Part shown: positions 1-9,114 of the stretch, in pieces
Numbering within the stretch: position 1 is the stretch's first letter
How the letters are laid out: every line of letters starts with the position of its first letter
Source: an uncultured Acidimicrobiia bacterium
Lineage (GTDB): Bacteria > Actinomycetota > Acidimicrobiia > Spongiisociales > UBA11373
Length of the DNA: 64,000 nucleotides
Assembly: GCA_964633975.1 (NCBI GenBank)
Contig: CAZWKX010000002.1
Location: 18,296 to 82,295, forward strand
Direction of reading: 5' to 3'
Translations under genes and position numbers: made by a program
Notes under the pieces: model-generated
Told to the model about the DNA's origin: nothing
Seen by the model: only the letters and a program-made list of their open reading frames with translations
The model's database searches: none

Positions 1-362
1 ACCGAGGCGATGAGGGCCCTTTCCCGCTCGATGTCGAGGCGCCCCACCACCAGGTAGTCGACCAGAGCAAGCGGCCTCGCTCCCACGGCGGCGAGATCGT
101 CGAGGATCATGGCCACCAGGTCGTAGCCGATGCCGTCGTACCGGCCGGTGAGACGCGCCAGCTCACACTTGGTGCCCACCCCGTCCGTGGTCATCATCAG
201 GATCGGGCGCTCGTAGCCCCTGGGGATGGTGAACCCGGCGGCAAATCCCCCGAAATCGCCGACCACCCGGCTGCCCCATGTAGCCACGACGTCGGTGGCG
301 ATCTTCTCGACGAGCTGGTCCCCGCCCTCGTTGTCGACTCCCGAGGACCCGTAGGTGCTCAC
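1..362 (-). CDS. purM: Phosphoribosylformylglycinamidine cyclo-ligase (AIR synthetase), N-terminal part; gene runs off the window start
   Basis: Minus-strand translation of 1..362 reads VSTYGSSGVDNEGGDQLVEKIATDV..VGDFGGFAAGFTIP, matching the PurM N-terminus. A GTG start at 360..362 overlaps the purF stop by 4 nt. Confidence 0.75.
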   Translation of the reverse strand, partial: MSTYGSSGVDNEGGDQLVEKIATDVVATWGSRVVGDFGGFAAGFTIPRGYERPILMMTTDGVGTKCELARLTGRYDGIGYDLVAMILDDLAAVGARPLALVDYLVVGRLDIERERALIAS

Positions 363-1780
363 GACGGGCTCCGCTCCAGCAGGAACTTGTCGCCCTCCAA
401 CGGCACGGCCGTCGGATAGTCACCGGAGAGGCAGGCGGTGCACAGACCCAAGGAAGCGGCGCCGGTTGCCTCGACGAGGTTCTCCAGGGACAGATAGGCG
501 AGCGAATCGACGCCCAGGAACTCGGCCACCTGCTCCACCGTGCGCTCGGCGGCGACGAGCTGGGCTCTTTCCGGAGTGTCCATGCCGTAGAAGCAGGGCC
601 AGCGGTACGGCGGTGAGGCGATGCGCAAGTGGACCTCCGCCGCGCCGGTGGCGCGCACCATCTCCACCAGATTCCGGGTGGTGCTGCCCCGAATAATCGA
701 GTCGTCGACGATGACGATCCGCCGGCCGCAGATGACCTCCGGGATCGGATTGAGCTTCATGCGGATGCCCTGGTCGCGCATCACCTGGGCGGGCTGGATG
801 AAGGTGCGTCCCACGTAACGGTTCTTCACGAAGGCATCCTCATAGGGGATGCCGCTCGCCTTGGCGTAGCCCTGGGCCGCAGGCACACCACTCTCCGGCA
901 CCGGGACGATGACGTCGGCGGGCACAGGTGACTGGCCGGCCAGCAGCTCACCCATAAGCAAGCGCGCCTGGTGCACGTTGCGCCCGTACAGGTAGCTGTC
1001 CGGACGAGAGAAGTAGACGAACTCGAGGATGCACAGATGTGGATCGGCTGTCCCCAGAGGGCGGCGACTTTCGACCCCGTTTCCGTCGATGACGACCATC
1101 TCGCCGGGCTCCACCTCGCGCTCGAACTCGGCGGCCACGACGTCGAGCGCGCAAGTCTCGGATGCCAGAACCCAGCCGCCGTCGATGCGGCCCAGGCTCA
1201 GAGGCCGGAAGCCGTGCCGGTCCCTGACCCCGATCAACCGCTGCTCATCGACGATGACCAGGGAGAACGCCCCCTCAAAGGTGGGAAGCGCCGCCTCGAC
1301 AGCGCCGACGATCCCGTCCTTGCCGCCGATATCGTCGAACGCCCTGGCGATACCCTCGGCCATCAGCTCGGTGTCGGTGGTGGCGACCTGGCGGCCGAGT
1401 TTGCCGGCCAGCTCGGCCGTGTTGGTCAGGTTCCCGTTGTGCGCCAGCGCAAACCCGGTGCCGGCGACGGCCCTGTAGGTGGGCTGGGCGTTCTCCCACG
1501 AGGTCGACCCGGTCGTCGAGTAGCGGTTGTGGCCGAGGGCGACATCGCCCTGAAGTGAAGCCAGCGCCCACTGGTTGAAGACTTGGCTGACCAGGCCCAG
1601 ATCCTTGCGCACGGTGATGCTCTGTCCGTCGGAGGCGGCTATGCCGGCGCTCTCCTGCCCCCGATGCTGCAAGGCGAAGAGCCCAAAGTAGGTGAGACGG
1701 GCCACATCCATGCCGGGCGCGTAGACACCAAAGACGCCGCACTCCTCCCCGGGTCGCTCCCAGGCGACAGGGGGCGACAT
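359..1780 (-). CDS. purF: Amidophosphoribosyltransferase
   Basis: N-terminal MSPPVAWERPGEECGVFGVY carries the nucleophile Cys immediately after the start, and the C-terminal PRTase domain is present. The ATG at 1778..1780 overlaps the purL stop (TGATG). The ORF-track N-extension to 1819 is rejected. Confidence 0.9.
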   Translation of the reverse strand: MSPPVAWERPGEECGVFGVYAPGMDVARLTYFGLFALQHRGQESAGIAASDGQSITVRKDLGLVSQVFNQWALASLQGDVALGHNRYSTTGSTSWENAQPTYRAVAGTGFALAHNGNLTNTAELAGKLGRQVATTDTELMAEGIARAFDDIGGKDGIVGAVEAALPTFEGAFSLVIVDEQRLIGVRDRHGFRPLSLGRIDGGWVLASETCALDVVAAEFEREVEPGEMVVIDGNGVESRRPLGTADPHLCILEFVYFSRPDSYLYGRNVHQARLLMGELLAGQSPVPADVIVPVPESGVPAAQGYAKASGIPYEDAFVKNRYVGRTFIQPAQVMRDQGIRMKLNPIPEVICGRRIVIVDDSIIRGSTTRNLVEMVRATGAAEVHLRIASPPYRWPCFYGMDTPERAQLVAAERTVEQVAEFLGVDSLAYLSLENLVEATGAASLGLCTACLSGDYPTAVPLEGDKFLLERSPS

Positions 1781-3957
1781 CACGCGCCCCTCATCCGGCG
1801 GCCGATGGCGTCGCCCCACACCGCCGCGGCCTGGGCCAGTGCCACCGACCCCAGGCTCCCCATCTCGATGTTCGCGCCCCCGAGCACGCCGACACGTCGC
1901 GCCCCAACGATCTTCTCGACACCTTTGGGCCTGGCACAGAAGGCGGCAACGAAGCGGTGCGGCGCCTCACCAAAAAGCACCCGCCAGTCGCTCCCGTCGA
2001 GGCGCGCCCCGATCCCCGACCTGATGCAGATCTCGGCAACCGCCACCGCCAGGCCACCTTCGGACAGGTCGTGCACCACGGCGGCGTCGCCGCTGCAGGC
2101 AATGCGCCGCGCCGCCTCCACCGCGGACCGGCCCACCCCCGGGTCGGCGGGCAGCGGCCGTCCGGTCGGTTCGGCTCCGGAGAGCTTGGCCAGGGCACTC
2201 CCGGCGAAGTCGGGCGTGTCGACACCGCCGAACAGCCACAGCTCCATGCCTTCCTCGCCGGCATCGAGGCGCGGCGGCCGATCCGGCATCGGATCGGCCA
2301 GCCCCAGCATCCCGATGACCGGCGTGGGTTGGATATGCCCCCCGGCAGTGCTGTTGTAGAACGAGACGTTGCCCCCGATCACGGGCACGCCCAGCGCTCC
2401 GCAAGCTTCGGCCAAGCCGGCCAGGGTCTCGATGAACTGCCACATGACCTCAGGGTGCTCCGGATCGCCGAAGTTGAGGTTGTCGACCAGGGCTATCGGC
2501 TCGGCGCCCACCACGGCGACGTTGAGGGCCGACTCGTAGACCAGCCGCGCCGCCCCCCTTCTGGGATCCAGATAGCAGCGCCGCGAATCGCCGTCGCTGG
2601 AAACGGCGAGGCCCTTGCTGGTTCCCCGCACGCGCAGCATTGCGCCGTCGTTGCCCGGTGGCACCACCGTGTTCAGGAAGAGCATGTGGTCGTACTGCTC
2701 GTACACCCATGAGCGATCTCCGAGGGCAGGCATGTCGAGCAGGCCGAGCAAGGTGCCGCCGGCATCGTCCGGCGGCACCGGCTCCGGATCGGCCGCCCAC
2801 ACCTCATCGATATAGTCGGGCTTGGCGGCAGGCCGATCGTATAGGGGTGCACCGTCGGCCAGCGATCGGGCCGGCATCTCGGCGACGACCTTCCCCTTCT
2901 CGAACACTCGCATGGTGTCCCCTACGGTGATCGTGCCAAGCACGGCCGCCTGCGTCTCCCAGCGCTCGGCCACCTCCAGTACGGCGGGAAGATCCTTCGG
3001 GTCGACCAGCGCCAGCATGCGCTCCTGCGACTCGGAGACCAGCAGCTCGGGAGGGGTCATGCCCTCTTCTCGCCGGGGCATGGCATCCAGGTCGATGTCG
3101 ATGCCCTTGCCGGCGCGCCAAGCCGACTCCGAGGTGGCACAGCACACCCCGGCGGCGCCGAGATCCTGCAGGCCGACCAGCAGCTTGCGGTCGCACAGCT
3201 CGAGGCAGGCCTCGATCATCTTCTTGGCGGCGAACGGATCGCCGACCTGCACGGACGGCCGCTTCTCCTGGTCGTCGCCGGAGAACGAGGCCGATGCCAA
3301 CGTAGAAGCGCCTCCTATGCCGTCGCGCCCCGAGGGCGCCCCGAGAAGCACCGCCACCGCGCCCGCCTCGACGTCGCGGCCGAGAACCAGGTCTTCCGCC
3401 CGCAGCGTGCCCAGGCACATGACGTTGATGAGCGGGTTGGCGTCGAAACAGGGCTCGAAGGCAATCTCGCCGCCGATCGTCGGCACGCCGACGGCGTTGC
3501 CGTACCCGGCGATGCCGGCGACCACACCCCCGAAGAGGTAACGATTGTGGGCGCTGTCGAGGTCGCCGAATCGGATCTGATTCCACAGCGCGATGGGGCG
3601 GGCCCCCATGCTGAGAATGTCGCGGATGATGCCGCCGACACCGGTGGCGGCGCCCTGGTAGGGCTCGACGAACGACGGGTGGTTGTGGCTCTCGATGCGC
3701 AGCGCCGCCAGCATGCCGTCGCCGATATCGACGACGCCGGCGCCGGTCCCGGGGCCGACCACAACTCGCGGGCTCTGCGTGGGAAGCACCCCGAGGCGAG
3801 GACGCGAGGTCTTGTAGGAGCAGTGCTCCGACCACATGAGCGAGTAGGTCATCAGCTCGGCATCGGTCGGCTCGCGCCCCAGCACCCCGACGACGGCGTC
3901 GAACTCGCCATCGCTCATGCCCAGCAGCCGGTGCTGCGGCTGAGCCATGGTCATCAC
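1780..3957 (-). CDS. purL: Phosphoribosylformylglycinamidine synthase subunit PurL
   Basis: 725 aa with FGAM synthetase large-subunit motifs (SEHCSYK, tandem AIRS-like domains). Its start overlaps the purQ stop. Confidence 0.9.
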   Translation of the reverse strand: MMTMAQPQHRLLGMSDGEFDAVVGVLGREPTDAELMTYSLMWSEHCSYKTSRPRLGVLPTQSPRVVVGPGTGAGVVDIGDGMLAALRIESHNHPSFVEPYQGAATGVGGIIRDILSMGARPIALWNQIRFGDLDSAHNRYLFGGVVAGIAGYGNAVGVPTIGGEIAFEPCFDANPLINVMCLGTLRAEDLVLGRDVEAGAVAVLLGAPSGRDGIGGASTLASASFSGDDQEKRPSVQVGDPFAAKKMIEACLELCDRKLLVGLQDLGAAGVCCATSESAWRAGKGIDIDLDAMPRREEGMTPPELLVSESQERMLALVDPKDLPAVLEVAERWETQAAVLGTITVGDTMRVFEKGKVVAEMPARSLADGAPLYDRPAAKPDYIDEVWAADPEPVPPDDAGGTLLGLLDMPALGDRSWVYEQYDHMLFLNTVVPPGNDGAMLRVRGTSKGLAVSSDGDSRRCYLDPRRGAARLVYESALNVAVVGAEPIALVDNLNFGDPEHPEVMWQFIETLAGLAEACGALGVPVIGGNVSFYNSTAGGHIQPTPVIGMLGLADPMPDRPPRLDAGEEGMELWLFGGVDTPDFAGSALAKLSGAEPTGRPLPADPGVGRSAVEAARRIACSGDAAVVHDLSEGGLAVAVAEICIRSGIGARLDGSDWRVLFGEAPHRFVAAFCARPKGVEKIVGARRVGVLGGANIEMGSLGSVALAQAAAVWGDAIGRRMRGA

Positions 3958-4646
3958 ACCTTCACCAGAGCCGAAGCGAACGACTCGAGAAGCACCCTGC
4001 CGTCGGTCGAACCGAGAATCGGCTCGGACGCCCGCTCCGGGTGTGGCATGAGGCCGACCACATTGCCCGAAGCGTTGGCGACCCCAGCGATACCGTTTGC
4101 CGACCCGTTGGGGTTGTGCTCGTCATCGACTGTGCCGGCCGGCCCGCAGTAGCGGAGCACCACCTGTCCGTTGGCTTCCACCTCGGCGAGCACGTCGGCA
4201 TGCGCCGTGTAGCTGCCCTGGTACGAGTTCAGGGGGATGCGGAGCACCTGACCGGTGGCGGCGGCCGAGGTGAGCACACTGTCGGTCGAATCGACCATGA
4301 GGTGCACAAAGCGACAGATGAAGCTGAGGTCGCGGTTCTCCACCAGTGCGCCGGGCAGCAGCCCGGCCTCGCAGAGGATCTGGAACCCGTTGCAGATGCC
4401 GAGCACCGGCTTGCCGGCCGCCGCCATGGCCTCGATCCCGGCCATCACCGGCGAAAACCGTGCGATGGCCCCAACCCGCAGGTAGTCGCCGTGGGCAAAA
4501 CCACCGGGCAGCACGGCGCCGTCGAAGGCGGAGAGGTCGTCATCGCGGTGCCAGACGAGTTCGGGGTTCGCTCCCACCCCGCGCAGCGCGTAAACGACGT
4601 CGTGCTCGCAGTTGGAGCCCGGGAACACGACGACGGCGACGTTCAC
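3954..4646 (-). CDS. purQ: Phosphoribosylformylglycinamidine synthase glutamine amidotransferase subunit PurQ
   Basis: VAVVVFPGSNCEHD class-I glutaminase N-terminus. A GTG start at 4644..4646 overlaps the purS stop (GTGA). The longer upstream extension in the ORF track is antisense artefact. Confidence 0.85.
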   Translation of the reverse strand: MNVAVVVFPGSNCEHDVVYALRGVGANPELVWHRDDDLSAFDGAVLPGGFAHGDYLRVGAIARFSPVMAGIEAMAAAGKPVLGICNGFQILCEAGLLPGALVENRDLSFICRFVHLMVDSTDSVLTSAAATGQVLRIPLNSYQGSYTAHADVLAEVEANGQVVLRYCGPAGTVDDEHNPNGSANGIAGVANASGNVVGLMPHPERASEPILGSTDGRVLLESFASALVKV

Positions 4647-4900
4647 CCGGCCACCTCCTCGGCGACGACCTCGATGGTGTAGTCCTCGAGCACCGGATTT
4701 GCCAGCAGCTGCCTGCACATGCGATCGGCCGCCTCACGGGCCGCCTCGGGATCGGTCTCGTCCACGTCGATGACCAGGGAGCGGCCCATGCCGACGCCGA
4801 CCACTGTGTCGAAGCCGAGCTCGCGCAGAGCTCTCGACACGGTCACCGCCTCGGGGTCGGCGATGCCGGGACGTCGGGTGATCTCTATGTGCAGCCTCAT
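4643..4900 (-). CDS. purS: Phosphoribosylformylglycinamidine synthase subunit PurS
   Basis: 85 aa MRLHIEITRRPGIADPEAVTVSRALRELGF.., the typical PurS fold sequence. The start overlaps the purC stop. Confidence 0.85.
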   Translation of the reverse strand: MRLHIEITRRPGIADPEAVTVSRALRELGFDTVVGVGMGRSLVIDVDETDPEAAREAADRMCRQLLANPVLEDYTIEVVAEEVAG

Positions 4901-5820
4901 CTGATTTGCACCTCTTCGAGGTAGTCGGCAAAGGGCTTGTCGGTAAGGATCTCGAAACAGGTTCTGTAGAGCCGAGCCGTGCGATCGATGGTTTCCGCGG
5001 GGAGCGACGGTGCCGGCGGACCGTGATCCCAGCCCATCTCGTCGAGGGCGTCGCGGATGAATTGCTTGTCGTAGGAGGGAATCGGACCGCCCGGCCGCCA
5101 CGCCTCCGCCGGCCAGTAGCGGGAGCTGTCCGGCGTGAGCACCTCGTCGATGAGTATGGCCTCACCGTCGCAAACGCCGAACTCGAACTTGGTGTCGGCC
5201 AGGAGGATGCCCTTCGACTCGGCGAAGCGGGCGCCCTGGACGTAAATGTCGATGCTGCGGCGGCCCAGCTCCTCGTAGATTTCGTCGCCGTAGAGGCGAC
5301 GCGCCTCCTGCTCCGTGATGTTCTCGTCGTGACCGCTCTCCGCCTTGGTGGCCGGGGTGAACACGGGCTCCGGGAGCCGGTCGCCCTGTTGGAGTCCCGA
5401 GGGCAGCCCATCGGTGGTCGGACCGCCCCCGGCGGCGTATTCGCGCCACGACGAGCCGTACAGGTAGCCGCGCACCACACACTCCATGGGCACCACCTCG
5501 GCGCGCCGCACCACCATGCTGCGGCCGGCAAGAGCTTCCTTCTGCCAGCCCGGGATGTCGGGCAGATCCGCCACGTCCGTTCCCAACAGGTGGTTCGGGG
5601 TATCGAGGAGGGCGAACCAGTGAAGAGAAAGTCCCGTGAGCACCCGTCCTTTGTCCGGGATGGGATCGGGCAGAACGACGTCGTAGGCGGAGACCCGGTC
5701 GGAGGCAACGATCAGGAGGGTGTCGTCGTCGATCTCGAAGATCTCGCGCACCTTGCCCGATCTCAGGTACTGGGGCCCCGTCACCGCTGGCGATTGTAGC
5801 TCCGGCCCTTCTGCGCTCAT
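4897..5820 (-). CDS. purC: Phosphoribosylaminoimidazole-succinocarboxamide synthase (SAICAR synthetase)
   Basis: 307 aa; the YLRSGKVREIFEID.. N-terminus and SAICAR-synthetase core (LADTKFEFG) are present. Confidence 0.9.
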   Translation of the reverse strand: MSAEGPELQSPAVTGPQYLRSGKVREIFEIDDDTLLIVASDRVSAYDVVLPDPIPDKGRVLTGLSLHWFALLDTPNHLLGTDVADLPDIPGWQKEALAGRSMVVRRAEVVPMECVVRGYLYGSSWREYAAGGGPTTDGLPSGLQQGDRLPEPVFTPATKAESGHDENITEQEARRLYGDEIYEELGRRSIDIYVQGARFAESKGILLADTKFEFGVCDGEAILIDEVLTPDSSRYWPAEAWRPGGPIPSYDKQFIRDALDEMGWDHGPPAPSLPAETIDRTARLYRTCFEILTDKPFADYLEEVQIR

Positions 5821-5889
5821 TCGGCCCCCTTCCCGCCCTCCACGACCGCGTCGATCAACGATCTGCCTTCCTCGATCCTCCCGGATCTC

Positions 5890-6351
5890 TCAGCCGCGCA
5901 GCCGGCGGCGATAGGCGTCGAGGTTCGCCGCCACGCCCTCGTCCTCAACGGCGAGGATGGCCGCAGCGAGCAGCGCCGCGTTGGCCGCGGCGTCGACACC
6001 GACGGTCGCCACCGGGATCCCGGTAGGCATCTGCACGGTGGAAAGAAGGGCATCCAAACCGCCCAGGCCCCCTGCGGCTACAGGGATGCCGATCACGGGG
6101 AGTGTGGTGTTCGCCGCCACGGCCCCGGCCAGGTGAGCCGCCTTGCCGGCGGCGGCGATGATCACGGCAAAGCCGGCCTGACGGGCCGACGCGGCAAATC
6201 GGGCTACTTCATCCGGGTTGCGGTGCGCCGAGACCACCTTGGTCTCGTAGGCGATGCCGAGCTCGTCGAGAAGGTCGAGGGCGGGCCGCACCTTGGTCTC
6301 GTCCTTCACCGAGCCCATCAGCACGGCGATGCGAGGGGTAGAAGCATTCAC
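5890..6351 (-). CDS. purE: 5-(carboxyamino)imidazole ribonucleotide mutase
   Basis: 153 aa [28 protein letters not shown], the PurE signature. No purK is adjacent. Confidence 0.9.
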   Translation of the reverse strand: MNASTPRIAVLMGSVKDETKVRPALDLLDELGIAYETKVVSAHRNPDEVARFAASARQAGFAVIIAAAGKAAHLAGAVAANTTLPVIGIPVAAGGLGGLDALLSTVQMPTGIPVATVGVDAAANAALLAAAILAVEDEGVAANLDAYRRRLRG

Positions 6352-7607
6352 GGCAGACCTGCGGCTATGTCGGTGCGGTACTGCATGCCGGGAAACTCGA
6401 CCTTCGACACCGCCTCGTAGCAGCGGGCCCGAGCGGCGGCGGCGTCGGACCCAATGCCGACGATATTGAGCACCCTCCCCCCGGCGGTGACCAGCTCGCC
6501 GTTGCGCCGCGCCGTTCCGGCATGGAAGACAATCACGTCGGGAACGCCGTTGGCCGCATCGACCCCGGTGATCGGAACGCCCTTCCGAGGACTCTCCGGG
6601 TATCCCTCACTGGCGAGCACAACATCGACGGCCATCTCGGGCCGCCATTGAAGTCGAACGCCGCCGATGCTCCCCTCGAGCCCGGCGACGATCAGCTCGG
6701 CGAGGTCGGACTCCAGCCGAGGAAGCACCACCTGCGCTTCCGGATCACCGAGGCGGCAATTGAACTCCATGATCTTGGGGCCTTCGGCCGTCATCACGAG
6801 CCCGGCGTAGAGGAAGCCGCTGTAGGGAACGCCGTCGGCCTTCATCTGCCGCAGAGTGGGCAGGATGACCTGCTTGGTCACCTCCTCGACGAATCCTTCC
6901 GGCGTGTCGGGCACCGGCGAGAAGCAGCCCATGCCCCCGGTGTTGGGACCGGCGTCGCCGTCGGCCAGCCGCTTGAAATCACGGGCCGGTTCGAGCACGG
7001 CGGCGTCCTCCCCGGCACACACGGCGAACACCGATACCTCCGGGCCGGAAAGGAATTCTTCGATGATGATCGAGCTGCCTGCGGCGCCGAAACCACCGCC
7101 GAAGCAGCGGTCCACCCAGGCCCGGGCGTCATCGATATCGGAGGTCACCAACACGCCCTTTCCAGCGGCGAGGCCGTCCGCCTTCACCACGTACGGAGAC
7201 GCCACATCATCGAGGTGGGCTCGGGCCGCCTCGGCGTCGCTGAAGACGGCGCTGCCGGCGGTCGCCACGCCTGCTCGGCGCATCACTTCCTTGGCGAACG
7301 ACTTCGAGGACTCGAGCCTTGCCGCCGCTCGGGTCGGGCCGAACACCGCCACTCCGGCACCGGCCACCGCGTCGGCGACCCCGGCGGCGAGGGGATCTTC
7401 GGGCCCCACCACGACGAGGTCGAAGCCCGCTGCCGCCGCGGCCACCGCGCCGGCATCCTTGATGTCCAGCGACGGCAGTGTGGGCCCGATCTCGGCCAGC
7501 CCGGGATTACCCGGCGCCGAGACGATCTCATCCACGAGATCGCTCTGCGCCAGCTTCCAGCCAATCGCATGCTCACGGGCCCCGCCGCCTAGAAGAAGAA
7601 CCCTCAT
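6348..7607 (-). CDS. purD: Phosphoribosylamine--glycine ligase
   Basis: 419 aa [19 protein letters not shown].. with an ATP-grasp fold. Its stop overlaps the purE start by 4 nt. It is the first gene of the minus-strand operon. Confidence 0.9.
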   Translation of the reverse strand: MRVLLLGGGAREHAIGWKLAQSDLVDEIVSAPGNPGLAEIGPTLPSLDIKDAGAVAAAAAGFDLVVVGPEDPLAAGVADAVAGAGVAVFGPTRAAARLESSKSFAKEVMRRAGVATAGSAVFSDAEAARAHLDDVASPYVVKADGLAAGKGVLVTSDIDDARAWVDRCFGGGFGAAGSSIIIEEFLSGPEVSVFAVCAGEDAAVLEPARDFKRLADGDAGPNTGGMGCFSPVPDTPEGFVEEVTKQVILPTLRQMKADGVPYSGFLYAGLVMTAEGPKIMEFNCRLGDPEAQVVLPRLESDLAELIVAGLEGSIGGVRLQWRPEMAVDVVLASEGYPESPRKGVPITGVDAANGVPDVIVFHAGTARRNGELVTAGGRVLNIVGIGSDAAAARARCYEAVSKVEFPGMQYRTDIAAGLP

Positions 7608-7861
7608 GGGGATGCCTCGCCGGGCGCGTCCACCCTACGCGCCAGCATGCACATTCCCTGCCGACCGCTCCTCAACGCGATCACCACCATCGAGCCGTCC
7701 CGGCGACGGCACCAGGTGCCGGCCGCCCCTCCTCGCGGGCGAGAGTGTACCCGCGGCTCACCTGTGCTCCGATCCAGGGCGACATCCCCGCGGTGGCGTC
7801 TCACGGACCCATGCCCGTCTGGCCCCGGGAGACCGCAGCGCATGCGGTAGGTTTCACGGTG

Positions 7862-8662
7862 ATGGAGACCTTCCGGCCGGGCACGCTCGACGAGACCCTC
7901 GATCTCCTGACCGACCATCCGGACGCCACCGTGCTCGCGGGCGGCACCGACCTGATGGTCGAGATCAACTACGGAGGCCTCCGCCCCACCTCCGTCGTTG
8001 CGCTGCGCCGGGTCGACGAGCTGAAGACCTGGGACGGCACTTTCATAGGAGCCGGCGTCACACACCACCGCCTGGCCCTCGGCCCGATCCCGGCCCTGGC
8101 TCAGGCGGCCCGGACCGTGGGCTCGCCTCAGATCCGGTATACGGGCACGCTCGGCGGCAACCTAGGCACGGCCAGCCCGGCCGGCGACACCCTGCCCTTC
8201 CTCGCCGCGGTGGACGCCACCATCGAGGTTCGTTCGGCCGGAGGCACGCGCATCCTGCCCTGGGACGAGTTCCTCATCGGTCCCAAGCGCAATGCCCTGG
8301 CGCCGGGGGAGATCGTGGTCGGAGTCCATCTGCCCGAGCATCTGCCGCAGAGGCAAGCCTTTGCCAAGATCGGCGCCAGGAACGCCATGGTCATCGCAGT
8401 GGCGTCGGCCTGCCTGGTCCGCGACGAGGACGGGTCCACCCGCATCGCCCTCGGCTCCGTGGGCCCCACGCCCATTCGAGCGCGGCCCGCCGAGGAGATG
8501 ATCTCGGCCGAGCCCCATCCCAACGACAAGGCCGTTGCCGAGTTCGGGCGCCTCGTCGCACAAGAGGTGTCGCCGATCACCGATCATCGCTCGACGGAGG
8601 CCTACCGCCGCCATGCCTCCGGGGTGCTCGCCCGCCGTCTGCTCGAGAGGTGCCTGGTATGA
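7862..8662 (+). CDS. Xanthine dehydrogenase / CO dehydrogenase family, FAD-binding (medium) subunit
   Basis: METFRPGTLDETLDLLTDHPDATVLAGGTDLMVEIN.. is a molybdopterin-dehydrogenase FAD-binding domain. The ATG at 7862 is taken as the start; the ORF-track upstream extension is antisense to purD. Confidence 0.85.
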   Translation: METFRPGTLDETLDLLTDHPDATVLAGGTDLMVEINYGGLRPTSVVALRRVDELKTWDGTFIGAGVTHHRLALGPIPALAQAARTVGSPQIRYTGTLGGNLGTASPAGDTLPFLAAVDATIEVRSAGGTRILPWDEFLIGPKRNALAPGEIVVGVHLPEHLPQRQAFAKIGARNAMVIAVASACLVRDEDGSTRIALGSVGPTPIRARPAEEMISAEPHPNDKAVAEFGRLVAQEVSPITDHRSTEAYRRHASGVLARRLLERCLV

Positions 8663-9114
8663 GCATTCGCGTTACCGTCAACGGCACCGAGCACATCATC
8701 GATGTGACCGGGCCACAGAGCCTCCTCTTTGTCCTGCGCGAGCACCTGGGCCTCTATGGATCCAAAAACGCGTGTAGGCAAGGCGAGTGCGGCTCGTGCA
8801 CCGTGCTGCTCGACGGCGACCCCGTGTGCGCTTGCCTGGTCATGGCCGCCGACGCAGACGGCGCCAACGTGCTCACCATCGAAGGCCTGGGCACCGAGGG
8901 GCTGCATCCGGTGCAACAGGCCATGCTCGACGAGGGCGCGGTCCAGTGCGGCTTCTGCACCCCGGGCATCGTGGTCGCCGCGGCGCACCTCCTGGAGCAC
9001 GATCCCTCACCGAGCGCCGACACCATCCGGGAAGCGCTTGCCGGCAATCTGTGCCGCTGCACCGGCTACGGAGCCATCGTCCGTGCACTACGCCGCCTGG
9101 CGGAAGCGCCGTGA
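8659..9114 (+). CDS. Xanthine dehydrogenase family (2Fe-2S)-binding small subunit
   Basis: MSIRVTVNGTEHI..CRQGECGSCTVLLDG..CGFCTPG..CRCTGY gives two [2Fe-2S] Cys clusters. Its ATG overlaps the upstream stop by 4 nt. Confidence 0.9.
   Translation: MSIRVTVNGTEHIIDVTGPQSLLFVLREHLGLYGSKNACRQGECGSCTVLLDGDPVCACLVMAADADGANVLTIEGLGTEGLHPVQQAMLDEGAVQCGFCTPGIVVAAAHLLEHDPSPSADTIREALAGNLCRCTGYGAIVRALRRLAEAP

Noticed and set aside
7608-7861. ZTP (pfl) or purine riboswitch in the pur-operon leader
   Set aside because: The 254-nt divergent region has a hairpin but lacks the conserved GGGUCGUGAC...CCGCCUGGGCA pfl elements and the guanine-riboswitch core. It is probably protein-regulated (PurR-like), if regulated at all.
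6856-9114. 752-aa ORF spanning antisense purD and the two small xanthine-dehydrogenase-family subunit genes
   Set aside because: Its first ~600 aa are Arg/Pro/Ser-rich antisense read-through of purD, typical of 70% GC DNA. Only its last 151 aa (from the ATG at 8659) form the real 2Fe-2S subunit.
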